Part shown: positions 20,019 to 29,076 of the stretch, piece by piece
Layout: each line of letters starts with the position of its first letter
Numbering within the stretch: position 1 is the first letter of the stretch
Assembly: GCA_021650915.1 (NCBI GenBank)
Contig: CP091279.1
Span: 3,240,001 to 3,272,000 of the forward strand
Length of the DNA: 32,000 nucleotides
Reading direction: 5' to 3'
Source: Candidatus Brocadia sp.
Lineage (GTDB): Bacteria > Planctomycetota > Brocadiia > Brocadiales > Brocadiaceae
Notes under the pieces: generated by a model
Database searches by the model: none
The model's input: only the letters and a program-made list of their open reading frames with translations
What the model was told of the DNA's origin: nothing
Program-made: the position numbers and the translations under genes

Positions 20019-20866
20019 TTGCATGCAGATGAGACAAGCATGAACAAGAACGGGGACAGATATTGGTTGCACAGTGCATCGAATAGTTTCTGGACGCACT
20101 TTTTCCCCCACGAAAGGCGCGGGACTGAGGCGATGAATAGTATCGGAATACTGCCCCAATTTCGGGGGATTCTTTGTCACGACCATTTGAATGCGTATTA
20201 CACCTATACCCACGGTACGCATGCGCTCTGCAATGCACACCATCTGAGGGAGTTGGAGGGGGTGTGGGAAGAGGACGAGAAGCAGCAGTGGGCGAAAGAG
20301 ATGAAGGTCTTGCTTGGAGAGATAAACCGTGCGGTAAAGGATGCGGGAGGGGCGTTGGAAGCCAGCGCGTCTGAGAAATACCGGCAAAGGTATCGGGGGA
20401 TATTGCAAAGCGCAGAGACCGAAAGCCCTCCCCCTGATGAAACAAATCGTAAGGGGAAAAGGGGGCGGGTGAAGAGGACAAAGGCACGGAATCTCCTGGA
20501 ACGGTTACGGGAGTATGAGGGTGATGTCCTCAGGTTTATGGACAACAAAAACGTCCCCTTCACGAATAATTTGGCTGAAAACGATATCAGGATGACGAAG
20601 GTTCAGCAGAAGATATCGGGCTGTTTTCGTTCTTTGGATGGAGCGAAGATTTTCTGTCGCATTCGTAGTTATTAAGGGTCTCATAATTGTATTGATTCGT
20701 CGTATGCTTTCCTTCTCCAATATTGAAGCGCTAAACGGACAGCTTAATGTGTGTTCTATTATGAGACGATTAATATCTCTCGACCTGTCGAAAACAAGGG
20801 GTAAATTTGAGCCAGGCATTACAGAGGGTATTCCGCGGCAAATTGCCTGATTTTGCCCGCTCGTAG
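20019..20866 (+). pseudogene. IS66-family (ISBst12-like) transposase, N-terminally truncated and interrupted by a MITE
   Basis: It reads VLHADETSMNKNGDRYWLH...HALCNAHHLRELEGV...FTNNLAENDIRMTKVQQKISGCFRSLDGAKIFCRIRSY. After in-silico removal of 20672-20775 it continues LSTCRKQGVNLSQALQRVFRGKLPDFARS*. The probable IS end is ...gagtagttatac at about 20897. Confidence 0.8.
20672..20773 (+). mobile_element. 102-bp MITE with IS630-element-1-type termini, TA-flanked
   Basis: The termini ttaagggtctcataattgtattga... and ...gttctattatgagacgattaa resemble the ends of 6583-9084. TA lies at 20670-71 and 20774-75. Confidence 0.8.
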
Positions 20867-20892
20867 CGGCAGTGAATAATACGCTGAGTAGT

Positions 20893-21003
20893 TATACTCA
20901 GGGTGTTCACAAAATGTGATTTTTGAAACACTTTAACCATTTATATAAACAGAAGTTATGTAGAACTTCAGAAATCATTGTTTGTGAACCCTTAGAGTAT
21001 ACA
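20893..21003. repeat. Imperfect ~26-nt inverted repeats bracketing ~60 bp of AT-rich sequence, next to the IS66 end
   Basis: tatactcagggtgttcacaaaatg (20893-20916) pairs with cattgtttgtgaacccttagagtata (20976-21001). Confidence 0.5.
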
Positions 21004-21335
21004 TTTGTTTATAATGTAACGCTGTTGATGACATAAAAATACTTTTTATGAAGATTTTTAGCAAAAAGTTATTGTGGCAAAACGTTTAATTTAGTATAAC
21101 GTTTCAGAAGAAATATATGACACTGTTGATTAACTATTACTTCAACAATGTGCTATGCTATATGCAGTATAATGTAGTCAAGATAATGCCGTATATGATA
21201 TACGGGTTTGGTCTGAAGGGCATTAATCAACTGAGCCAGATATATAAATGCACACAGTCTTTAATTTATGCTATTTACAGGTAAAAGCCTGCCATTGCCA
21301 TACGTCTTAATTATCGATTTTTTATGAAACTTATA

Positions 21336-21444
21336 CTAGTGTAGAGACATATTAATAACGAAACATATAAATGCTGTTTTGCAGCACTATATAACTATAA
21401 TTGTCCACAATATATAATTTGTAATTAATATGTCTGCACACTAG
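21336..21444. mobile_element. 109-bp MITE derived from IS630-type element 2
   Basis: The termini ctagtgtagagacatattaataacgaaaca... and ...attaatatgtctgcacactag match the ends of 22151-23303. There is no coding capacity. Confidence 0.75.
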
Positions 21445-21568
21445 TGCTTACTTGCAATAATCTGTGATATTATATAAGGCTCTGGAATAAGCGAAAATAT
21501 TGGCTTTTCAGCGCAAATTTATTATAAAGAATTTATGCAATTAGACACTCGATATTAACAGGTGAAAT

Positions 21569-22147
21569 ATGGACATTGGTGATTCTTCAAATAGGGGTCT
21601 TTTACGTATTGATCTCCAGACATCCTTAAAGCGTAGCCCTCTTAATCCAAAAGATATTACTCCTTTTCAGCGAATTCTTCTTACGACAGATGGTATGGTG
21701 ACTGAGATGCTAGAAGCCTATCTTTGGGAACGGATGAAGGTTATAAAATTGTTCCAAGGTTATTTTGTTGCGGATAATGAAAATCCCTTTTTGGAGATTG
21801 CAAAAGGGTGTAGGGTAATGCAAAGAAAGGTTCTCTTATGTGGGAGATTAAGTCAGAAAAATCATCTGTATGCTGATTCTATAATAATTCCAGACCGACT
21901 TGATGAAAGGATCAAAGACAGCTTATTAAATACTAACAAGCCTATTGGATTATTAATTTTGGAAAATCGTTTAGAAACTTTTCGTGAGATTTTGGATTGT
22001 GGCAAAGAAGAGGCGGAAGACCTCGCTGATTATTTTAACATCCGAAGGAGTGAATTTTTGATCTTTAGGACATATAGAGTTTTTTCAAATCGTTTGCCTA
22101 TAATGTTAATAACTGAAAAGTTTCCAGAGAGTGGAATGAGAATATAA
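21569..22147 (+). CDS. DUF98 / chorismate pyruvate-lyase-like protein (192 aa)
   Basis: An SD (aggtga) precedes the ATG. The motif FQRILLTTDGMVTEMLEAY and the later ...KPIGLLILE...RTYRVF...PIMLITEKFP resemble the DUF98/UbiC-fold family. The function is inferred. Confidence 0.6.
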   Translation: MDIGDSSNRGLLRIDLQTSLKRSPLNPKDITPFQRILLTTDGMVTEMLEAYLWERMKVIKLFQGYFVADNENPFLEIAKGCRVMQRKVLLCGRLSQKNHLYADSIIIPDRLDERIKDSLLNTNKPIGLLILENRLETFREILDCGKEEAEDLADYFNIRRSEFLIFRTYRVFSNRLPIMLITEKFPESGMRI

Positions 22148-22150
22148 TTA

Positions 22151-23303
22151 CTAGTGTAGAGACATATTAATAACGAAACACATAATATGATGTATGAGAC
22201 AAACCGAAATACATCTAACCGAAGAGGATAAGGCGGCACTGAAGGTTTTTCGTTCGAAGGGGAAGCACATGGCAAGGGAAATCAACCGGACGCACATTTT
22301 ATTAGCATTAGATGAAAAAATGCCTGAATTGCTCATCATGCAGGTTCTGGCGTGGGTCGCACCACCATTTGGCGTACGCGCTCGGCTTATGTAGAAAAGG
22401 GATTGGACTATGCTTTGCACGATGTGGCACGTCCTGGGCAACCACGGCAGTACGGAATCGATCAGCAAGCCGAGATTGTAGCTTTGGCTTGTAGTGCGCC
22501 TCCGAAGGGAGCTAAGCGTTGGACGATCTGATTGCTTACCAAGGCTGCGCGTCGGCGTCCCAAGCTGAAAAACATCAGCCGTGAAAGTATTCGCCGGTTT
22601 CTAAAAAAACGACTGCAAGCCTTGGCGCAAGGTGGTGTGGTGTATTGGCAAAATCACCACGGAGTATCGACAAAGGATGTATGAACTGTTGGAACTCTAT
22701 GCACGGCCATATCGGAAAGAGGAGCCCGTGATCTGCGTGGACGAGAAAAACAAACAGCTTTTACAACAGACCCGGGCACCGATTGTGGCCAGACCTGGTG
22801 CGCCAACGAAGGGGGATTACGAATACCGGCGTGCTGGCACGCGCAACATCTTCTTGGCGGTGGAGCCAAAGGGTGGACACCGCCAAGCGGAGGTGACAGC
22901 CCGTCGCACCAAGCCTGATTTTGTTCGGTTCATAGGCCGATTGGTAGAAAAGGTCTATGCCGGAGCAGAGAAGATTCATCTGGTGATGGACAATCTGAAT
23001 ACTCATTTCCGCAGGAGTTTTGAAGAAGTTTTGGGTGTCAAGCGTGCGGAACGGATGCTGGCAAGGGTAGAGTTTCACTACACGCCAAAACACGCCAGTT
23101 GGCTGAATATGGCAGAAATTGAAATAGGAGTTATGGATAGACAGTAGACTGCCCAACGAAGTGATACTTAGGTCCGAAGTGGCCGCCTGGCAGCATCGCC
23201 GTAATCAAGCTAAGACCAAGATCGAATGGAAGTTTACCCGACAAGATGCCGACGATAAACTATCCAGGCATTATGTCTTTTAATTAATATGTCTCTACAC
23301 TAG
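22151..23303 (+). mobile_element. IS630-family element 2 (1153 bp), inserted 3 nt after the stop of the preceding gene
   Basis: The inverted termini are ctagtgtagagacatattaat (22151-) and attaatatgtctctacactag (-23303). The target context is CTAG/TA. Confidence 0.8.
22194..23283 (+). pseudogene. IS630-family transposase, decayed (at least three frame changes and an internal stop)
   Basis: The fragments read MRQTEIHLTEEDKAALKVF..., GVGRTTIWRTRSAYVEKGLDYALHDVARPGQPRQY...ALACSAPPKGAKRWTI*, KPWRK..WCIGKITTEYRQRMYELLELY...VCVDEKNKQ...HLVMDNLNTH...TPKHASWLNMAEIE, and ...EVAAWQHRRNQAKTKIEWKFT. Confidence 0.8.
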
Positions 23304-23329
23304 CACAGAAATATTATGGAGGTATAATT

Positions 23330-23599
23330 ATGAGCGGTGAGGTGGTCAGTATTGATAATAGAGTGAAAAAAGTAATAATTGAAAGACTAAAGCCAAATAT
23401 TAATGTAGCGGAAATATCGAAAAATACTCCTCTTATTGGTAAGGGACTAGGGCTTGATTCTGTTGGTGTTCTTGAATTAGTAGTTGGTTTGGAACAAGAA
23501 TTTAGTATTATGTTTGATGACTCTGAGATGAATATTGAACTCTTCGAGAATATAGGAAGTTTAACTAACTACATTGATAAGAAATTAAATTATAAGTAA
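23330..23599 (+). CDS. Acyl/peptidyl carrier protein (89 aa)
   Basis: An SD (ggaggt) lies upstream. The phosphopantetheine-attachment motif is GLGLDSVGVLELVVGLEQEF. Confidence 0.85.
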   Translation: MSGEVVSIDNRVKKVIIERLKPNINVAEISKNTPLIGKGLGLDSVGVLELVVGLEQEFSIMFDDSEMNIELFENIGSLTNYIDKKLNYK

Positions 23600-23698
23600 G
23601 CGCGAAATAACAGGATTCAATATTCTGTTAGCGTTAGTAGCGATTGAAAATAAATATTTCCCTGAAACTAAATGCATTCCATGATTTAAAACTAAAGA

Positions 23699-24958
23699 AT
23701 GAACCGTAGAATTTTCCTTAAAAGAATTACCGCATACATAACTGGATTCTTTTTCTTCAAAAAATTATCATGGAGGATGGCGACAGTTCATGCGGAAAAA
23801 ACAAGGCCAAAGGTTCTTAGGGTTTATCACGCTCATGCAACTAATTGGGATTTTCAAAATAGCGTGACCTCAGAAAGTCGTTATTGGGAACGTGTTAACA
23901 TCGATGCTTGTCGTAAGATGATAGCTGAAGGCTTAAAGACATTTACCAAGAATCCAACCCTTGATGAGGCATGGAATTGGATCTTGTATCAAAATGGAGG
24001 AAAAGGCTACGTTAAGGGTCAAAAGATTTCTATAAAACTTAATTGGAACGATTGTGATCCAGGTCTTGGAGATGGGCCTAATGGTAACTATCTTGTTTCC
24101 AATACTCAGTTGGTGCAGGCAGTTGTTGAAAGTCTGCTTGTTCACGTCCCTGGTTTAAGGCCTGAAAATTTATTGGTTGGAGATCCCTCCCGTATTCCTT
24201 ATGATAGGATACGCTCTGCTCTGGCTGGTTTAGGTGTACAGGTAATAGAGTTCAAACCTGACATCTTCATTGCCTCTCCAGATGGTCGATTAAATTATCC
24301 CAACTGGCAGGATGATTATGTGTGTGATGCGATGTTCGGCCAATCTACCCATCTGATCGAGATGCCACTTCTTAAGGCAATCACACCGTCATGGGGAGTC
24401 GCTGGTGTACTTAAGGATGCTCAGGGCAAGGTAGGACTGGCAAAAGCATCATATCATGATAACAGAAAGGCATGGAAAAAAAAGCATCGCGAGACATTCT
24501 CCCATACGGATAGATTAAATACCCTGGTTCACATGAATTCTCACCCATGGATTAAGGGCAAACGTCGCCTGATTATTGCAGATGGCCTGTATGGTCTCTT
24601 TAATGGTCAGCATTTTCCTTCCGGGCCAAAAGATGATATTCCCCGCCCTTGGATGCTTTTTAATAATGCTTTTCCTAATAGCATCTTGTTTTCAACCGAC
24701 CCCGTGGCTATTGACTGTGTCATGCATGATTTGGTTCGTTTCGAGCGAATGTGTCAGGGGTTATCCGGTTCATTTCTAAAACCAGTGAAGTTTCAGAAAC
24801 CTATCCAATTGGCGTGTGCTGTCGCTGGATTAGGTACAAACGACGAACCCGCGGAATCTAAAGTCACTCCGTCCCCAATTGGACCAGTGATTAGTTATGC
24901 CAATATTGATTATGAAGTAGCGGATGTTACATTCCGGAAGCCAGGTTTAGAGGAGTAA
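23699..24958 (+). CDS. DUF362-like protein with a twin-arginine (Tat) type signal peptide (419 aa)
   Basis: The N-terminus MNRRIFLKRITAYITGFFFF...VHA fits the S/T-R-R-x-F-L-K pattern. The body (VLRVYHAHA...DEAWNWIL...GQKISIKLNWN...TQLVQAVVESL...ENLLVGDPSR...DPVAIDCVMHDL) resembles DUF362. Confidence 0.6.
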   Translation: MNRRIFLKRITAYITGFFFFKKLSWRMATVHAEKTRPKVLRVYHAHATNWDFQNSVTSESRYWERVNIDACRKMIAEGLKTFTKNPTLDEAWNWILYQNGGKGYVKGQKISIKLNWNDCDPGLGDGPNGNYLVSNTQLVQAVVESLLVHVPGLRPENLLVGDPSRIPYDRIRSALAGLGVQVIEFKPDIFIASPDGRLNYPNWQDDYVCDAMFGQSTHLIEMPLLKAITPSWGVAGVLKDAQGKVGLAKASYHDNRKAWKKKHRETFSHTDRLNTLVHMNSHPWIKGKRRLIIADGLYGLFNGQHFPSGPKDDIPRPWMLFNNAFPNSILFSTDPVAIDCVMHDLVRFERMCQGLSGSFLKPVKFQKPIQLACAVAGLGTNDEPAESKVTPSPIGPVISYANIDYEVADVTFRKPGLEE

Positions 24959-24973
24959 ACTATAGGTATTGAA

Positions 24974-26476
24974 ATGGATAACAAATTGCTTCCTTTCTGG
25001 CTTTCTGTGAATGTGGATAGGAATCCTTACGCAATTGCTATTGTTGATGGTAATAAGAGGATTACTTATTCCGAAATGAATGATTCCGTAAGCAGATTAG
25101 CCGGTTGGTTAATTTCGCGTGGAGTTCAACAAGGCGACCGGGTAGTTTTACTGTTACCGAACTCTTCAGAATTTGTAATAAGTTTTTTTGCAATTGCTAG
25201 GATAGGTGCTGTAGCAGTTCCGCTCAATGTTCAGTATAAAGAGCAAGAGCTGGCCGCTTATCTGAAGGACTCTAACCCGAAAGTAGTGATTGCATTAGGC
25301 CATTTAATCCCGTTAATTAAAGGGATTATTCTTCTCATAAATAACAAGGCGTGTGATATTGTCAGCGTTCACAATGAGAGAAACGAATCATTTTCTTACA
25401 CGCAGGTAGTTCGAGAAAATTCTCCCTTCAGTGGAACAGTAAATGTACTGTCAGAAAATGATCTCCTTTGTCAGTATTCTTCAGGTTCTACAGGAATACC
25501 CAAAAGGATTATGCGTACTCACTTGAATCTCGTATCTGAGGCGAGTAATTTTAACTCCACGGTTAAGCTAGCGAATAGTGACAAAATCCTCTGCGTAGTG
25601 CCTTTGTTTCACGCACATGGACTTGGAAATTGCATGTTAGCGTCGGTTTATGCCGGGGCAACTCTTGTTATTTTAGAGGGTTTCAATCGACAGGGCGTCT
25701 TGAAAACAATTCAAGATGAGCGGATTACCGTTTTTCCAGGAGTACCCTTTATTTTCAGTATTTTGGCCGACATGCCTTTGAGAGAGGTTATGGCATTTCC
25801 TTTCTTAAGGCTCTGCTTTTCCGCTGGCGCAGCTTTACCACGTGAGACATTTCAAAAGTTCTTAGAGAAATATGGCGTCCCAATTAGGCAACTGTATGGT
25901 TCCACAGAAACCGGTTCGGTATCGATAAATTTGAATAAGGACGTTTCTGAGACGGCAGACTCCGTTGGTTTGCCTATGAAAAATGTTGAGGTAGAGATCT
26001 TTGGAGAAAAAGGGGAGATTCTACAGCCTAACGAAATAGGTAATATAGGCATTAAAAGTTCAGCCATGATGAAGGGTTATTCGGGGTTGGAAAATCTCAA
26101 CAAAGAGTCATTCCGTGATGGATACTTTTTCCCCTTGGATCTGGGGAAAAAGGATGAGGGAGGCAATATCTATCTTAGGGGTCGGAAGACGTCGTTTATT
26201 AACACCGGTGGTAATAAGGTGGATCCATCCGAGATTGAAATACTCCTAGGTAAGCATTCGAAGGTTAAGGAGGTTGTCGTAGTGGGGGTAAAGAGCTATT
26301 ACGGTGAGGATGTAATAAAGGCCGTTGTTGTTCCTAACGATCGGTGTGATGAAAGAGAGATTGTAGAATTTTGTAAGGGGAAAATCGCGGATTTTAAGAT
26401 ACCAAGGATTGTTGAATTCCGGAAAGAAATTCCCAAGAATCCTTTAGGTAAGGTATTGAAAAAATATTTACACTGA
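24974..26476 (+). CDS. AMP-forming adenylating enzyme (ANL superfamily; acyl/aryl-CoA or -ACP ligase), 500 aa
   Basis: Core motifs are YSSGSTGIPKRI, LYGSTETG, GRKTSFINTGGNKVDPSEIE and PKNPLGKVLK. Confidence 0.9.
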   Translation: MDNKLLPFWLSVNVDRNPYAIAIVDGNKRITYSEMNDSVSRLAGWLISRGVQQGDRVVLLLPNSSEFVISFFAIARIGAVAVPLNVQYKEQELAAYLKDSNPKVVIALGHLIPLIKGIILLINNKACDIVSVHNERNESFSYTQVVRENSPFSGTVNVLSENDLLCQYSSGSTGIPKRIMRTHLNLVSEASNFNSTVKLANSDKILCVVPLFHAHGLGNCMLASVYAGATLVILEGFNRQGVLKTIQDERITVFPGVPFIFSILADMPLREVMAFPFLRLCFSAGAALPRETFQKFLEKYGVPIRQLYGSTETGSVSINLNKDVSETADSVGLPMKNVEVEIFGEKGEILQPNEIGNIGIKSSAMMKGYSGLENLNKESFRDGYFFPLDLGKKDEGGNIYLRGRKTSFINTGGNKVDPSEIEILLGKHSKVKEVVVVGVKSYYGEDVIKAVVVPNDRCDEREIVEFCKGKIADFKIPRIVEFRKEIPKNPLGKVLKKYLH

Positions 26477-26598
26477 AAAATATGGATTACAAGATAAAAA
26501 CAATACCGCGATAGAAACTGGACGAAACACGCTACACAAGAAAACTGAATGCTTATCCGGCAATATAGTTGATTCAAAAACGATCAAAGGAGTTTGAT

Positions 26599-27630
26599 AT
26601 GTCCGATTTAGAAACGAAAAAACAGGGTGGCCTTGGCTACCTCTTAGACTTGGCATCTTCTTACTATAAATCCAAGGTGCTTTTTGTTTCAACTGACCTC
26701 GGTATTTTTTCTGTCCTGTTACGTGCAAGGAAGGATGTGCAAACCATAGCTCGAGAAATTAAACTTGAGCGAAGACCGGTAGAAATGCTTTTGAATGCCT
26801 GTGTATCTCTAGGCCTACTTGAGAAAAAGGAAGGGCTTTACTCTAATTCTTCCACTGCAGAGATGTTCCTCGTAAAAGGTAAGCCTATGTATGTTGGTGA
26901 GGCTTTTCAGGTGCTGGATCGGAGAAGCTATAAGTTATGGGATAGGCTCAAAGAAGCTGTTAAAACAAATACGCCACAGGCCTATTTGGAAGGAAAAGGG
27001 GATCTTTTTGAAGAAATGACTAAAAACAAAGAGGAAATGCATGCCTTTTTTCGCGGCCTCCACGCCTTAGCCTACTGGCCAGCCAGTTCTCTGGCACGGA
27101 TATTTGATTTTACGCCATATCGCCATCTTTTAGATGTGGGTGGTGGCTCAGGGGCTTATTCCATTGCTCTTGTAAAAAGACATGCGCATTTAAATGCAAC
27201 GATTCTCGATCTTCCGCCGGTGTGTAAGATTGCGCAGGAGAACATTGCAAAAGAGAACCTTTCTCATAGAATCTCAACCCTTCCAGGAGATTTCTTTAAA
27301 GGCGATTTTCCGAAGGGTGTGGACATTATCCTCTTCTCCAATCTTCTTCATGACTGGGAGGAGAAGAAGATTGAGCACCTATTAAAAAAGACGTTTGAAG
27401 TTTTACCTTCAAAGGGCGGGGTAATCATCAGTGACATGGTCTTGAGTAACGATGGTACAGAACCACTTTACGCGGCTTTGATGTCTCTAACTTTGCTCTT
27501 AGATACACACGGAGGTTCGAACTACACGGAGGAGCAATACACTCGTTGGTTGGATGGAGCTGGTTTTCGAGAAATCAGTGTAAAACCTCTCTCTGGTCCA
27601 AACGGGATAGTGACTGGCACCAAACCTTAA
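26599..27630 (+). CDS. SAM-dependent O-methyltransferase (Methyltransf_2-like with N-terminal dimerisation domain)
   Basis: ATG at 26599 lies 8 nt after aaaggag (the ORF track starts earlier, at 26569). SAM motif I is LLDVGGGSGAYSIAL, and ILFSNLLHDW lies downstream. Confidence 0.85.
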   Translation: MSDLETKKQGGLGYLLDLASSYYKSKVLFVSTDLGIFSVLLRARKDVQTIAREIKLERRPVEMLLNACVSLGLLEKKEGLYSNSSTAEMFLVKGKPMYVGEAFQVLDRRSYKLWDRLKEAVKTNTPQAYLEGKGDLFEEMTKNKEEMHAFFRGLHALAYWPASSLARIFDFTPYRHLLDVGGGSGAYSIALVKRHAHLNATILDLPPVCKIAQENIAKENLSHRISTLPGDFFKGDFPKGVDIILFSNLLHDWEEKKIEHLLKKTFEVLPSKGGVIISDMVLSNDGTEPLYAALMSLTLLLDTHGGSNYTEEQYTRWLDGAGFREISVKPLSGPNGIVTGTKP

Positions 27631-27717
27631 TTTTTTTATTTCCGAGCGGAATACTGACTCATTGACAACTTAACGAAAGAGGCACGACAGAAAGACAAGA
27701 ATGGGGGTAAATGAAAA

Positions 27718-29076
27718 ATGAAGGTATTAATAGTGCAGCCTGCTACAAACCCGAAGGTTTTGGGTGGTGACCTTATCTTCAAGACCGAACCTTTGTGGGG
27801 GGAGTATCTTGCCGCAGCGGTTCAGGAAAATCACGATGTTGAGATTCTTGATCTAAGGATGGGAGGTAATTTCCACGAGACCTTGGAAAGGTTCCAACCA
27901 AATGTTATTGCGATGACTGCCTTTACTGTGGATGTTAACAGCGTTAAAAAGCTATCAAAGGAAGCAAAAGGCCTGAACCCCAAGATATTAACAGTTGTTG
28001 GAGGATACCATGCATCTTTGGCTCCTCATGACTTCGACGATCAAAATATTGATGTTATTGTCATAGGGGAGGGTATATTTACTTTTAAGGATGTGGTAGA
28101 GTCTCTTGAAAAAGGCAGCAATTTTAGATCCATTCCAGGGATTGTCTTTCGCTCAGAAAATACCTTGATAAAAAATGAGCCAAGACCCTGGCCCCATCTC
28201 GACTCATACAACTTTCCCAACAGGACCCTAACAGCCCTGCACAGGAAAGAATATTTCGATAAATGGATGAAGCCGCTCGCTACTATCAGAGGCTCTTACA
28301 GTTGTCCTTTCAGATGTGACTTCTGCTGTCTCTGGCCTATGACTAACAGCAAATATCTAACCAGAACTCCGGAGTCTTTTGTGGCAGAGCTGAAAACAAT
28401 ACAAGAGGAAAACATCTTTTTTTCTGATGACGAGGCCCTTATTGATATTGAGAGAATGAGAAAGATTGCCGATCTTATTAAAAGAGAAGGTATAAAGAAA
28501 CAGTACTTTTTTATGACGCGTTCAACTTCCATCAGAAAAAAACCTGATATCATAGAGAAATGGGCTGAGATAGGGCTGAAGAGGGTTCTTTTAGGGTTAG
28601 AGTCCCCTCGTGAAAGAGATCTGGTTGATTTCAAAAAGGATGCTACGATAGATGACAATAATCAGGCAATTTCTATTCTTAAGCGGAATAATATCGAGAT
28701 CAACTCCATGTTTGTTATTGCTCAGGATTACGAAAGAAAAGACTTTGAAAATCTCGATGGATACGTAAAATCACAGGGACTGGAGATGCCCATTTTTTGT
28801 ATCCTTACTCCTTTTCCTGGGACACCCCTGTATGAAAAGATGAAGAAACAAATCATCGTGGAAGACTACGACCTCTGGGATCTTTTACACACCGTGCTTC
28901 CAACGACTAAACTCTCTTTAAAGGAATTTTACCTGGAGTTTGCAAAGTTGTATGGAGGTTTGGAACCTCTTTACCGGGGAATTTTAAGTCATCGCAAGTC
29001 CGTCTCTGCGGAAGACACCGTCGAAAACATACGGAGAGTATTCAGAGCTATGAGAAAAAAGGAGGGTGCAATATGA
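27718..29076 (+). CDS. Cobalamin-binding-domain radical SAM enzyme (class B), 452 aa
   Basis: The N-terminal Rossmann-like B12-binding region reads KVLIVQP...NVIAMTAF...VVGGYHAS. The CxxxCxxC box is SCPFRCDFCC. There is no SPASM-type C-terminal Cys cluster. Confidence 0.9.
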   Translation: MKVLIVQPATNPKVLGGDLIFKTEPLWGEYLAAAVQENHDVEILDLRMGGNFHETLERFQPNVIAMTAFTVDVNSVKKLSKEAKGLNPKILTVVGGYHASLAPHDFDDQNIDVIVIGEGIFTFKDVVESLEKGSNFRSIPGIVFRSENTLIKNEPRPWPHLDSYNFPNRTLTALHRKEYFDKWMKPLATIRGSYSCPFRCDFCCLWPMTNSKYLTRTPESFVAELKTIQEENIFFSDDEALIDIERMRKIADLIKREGIKKQYFFMTRSTSIRKKPDIIEKWAEIGLKRVLLGLESPRERDLVDFKKDATIDDNNQAISILKRNNIEINSMFVIAQDYERKDFENLDGYVKSQGLEMPIFCILTPFPGTPLYEKMKKQIIVEDYDLWDLLHTVLPTTKLSLKEFYLEFAKLYGGLEPLYRGILSHRKSVSAEDTVENIRRVFRAMRKKEGAI

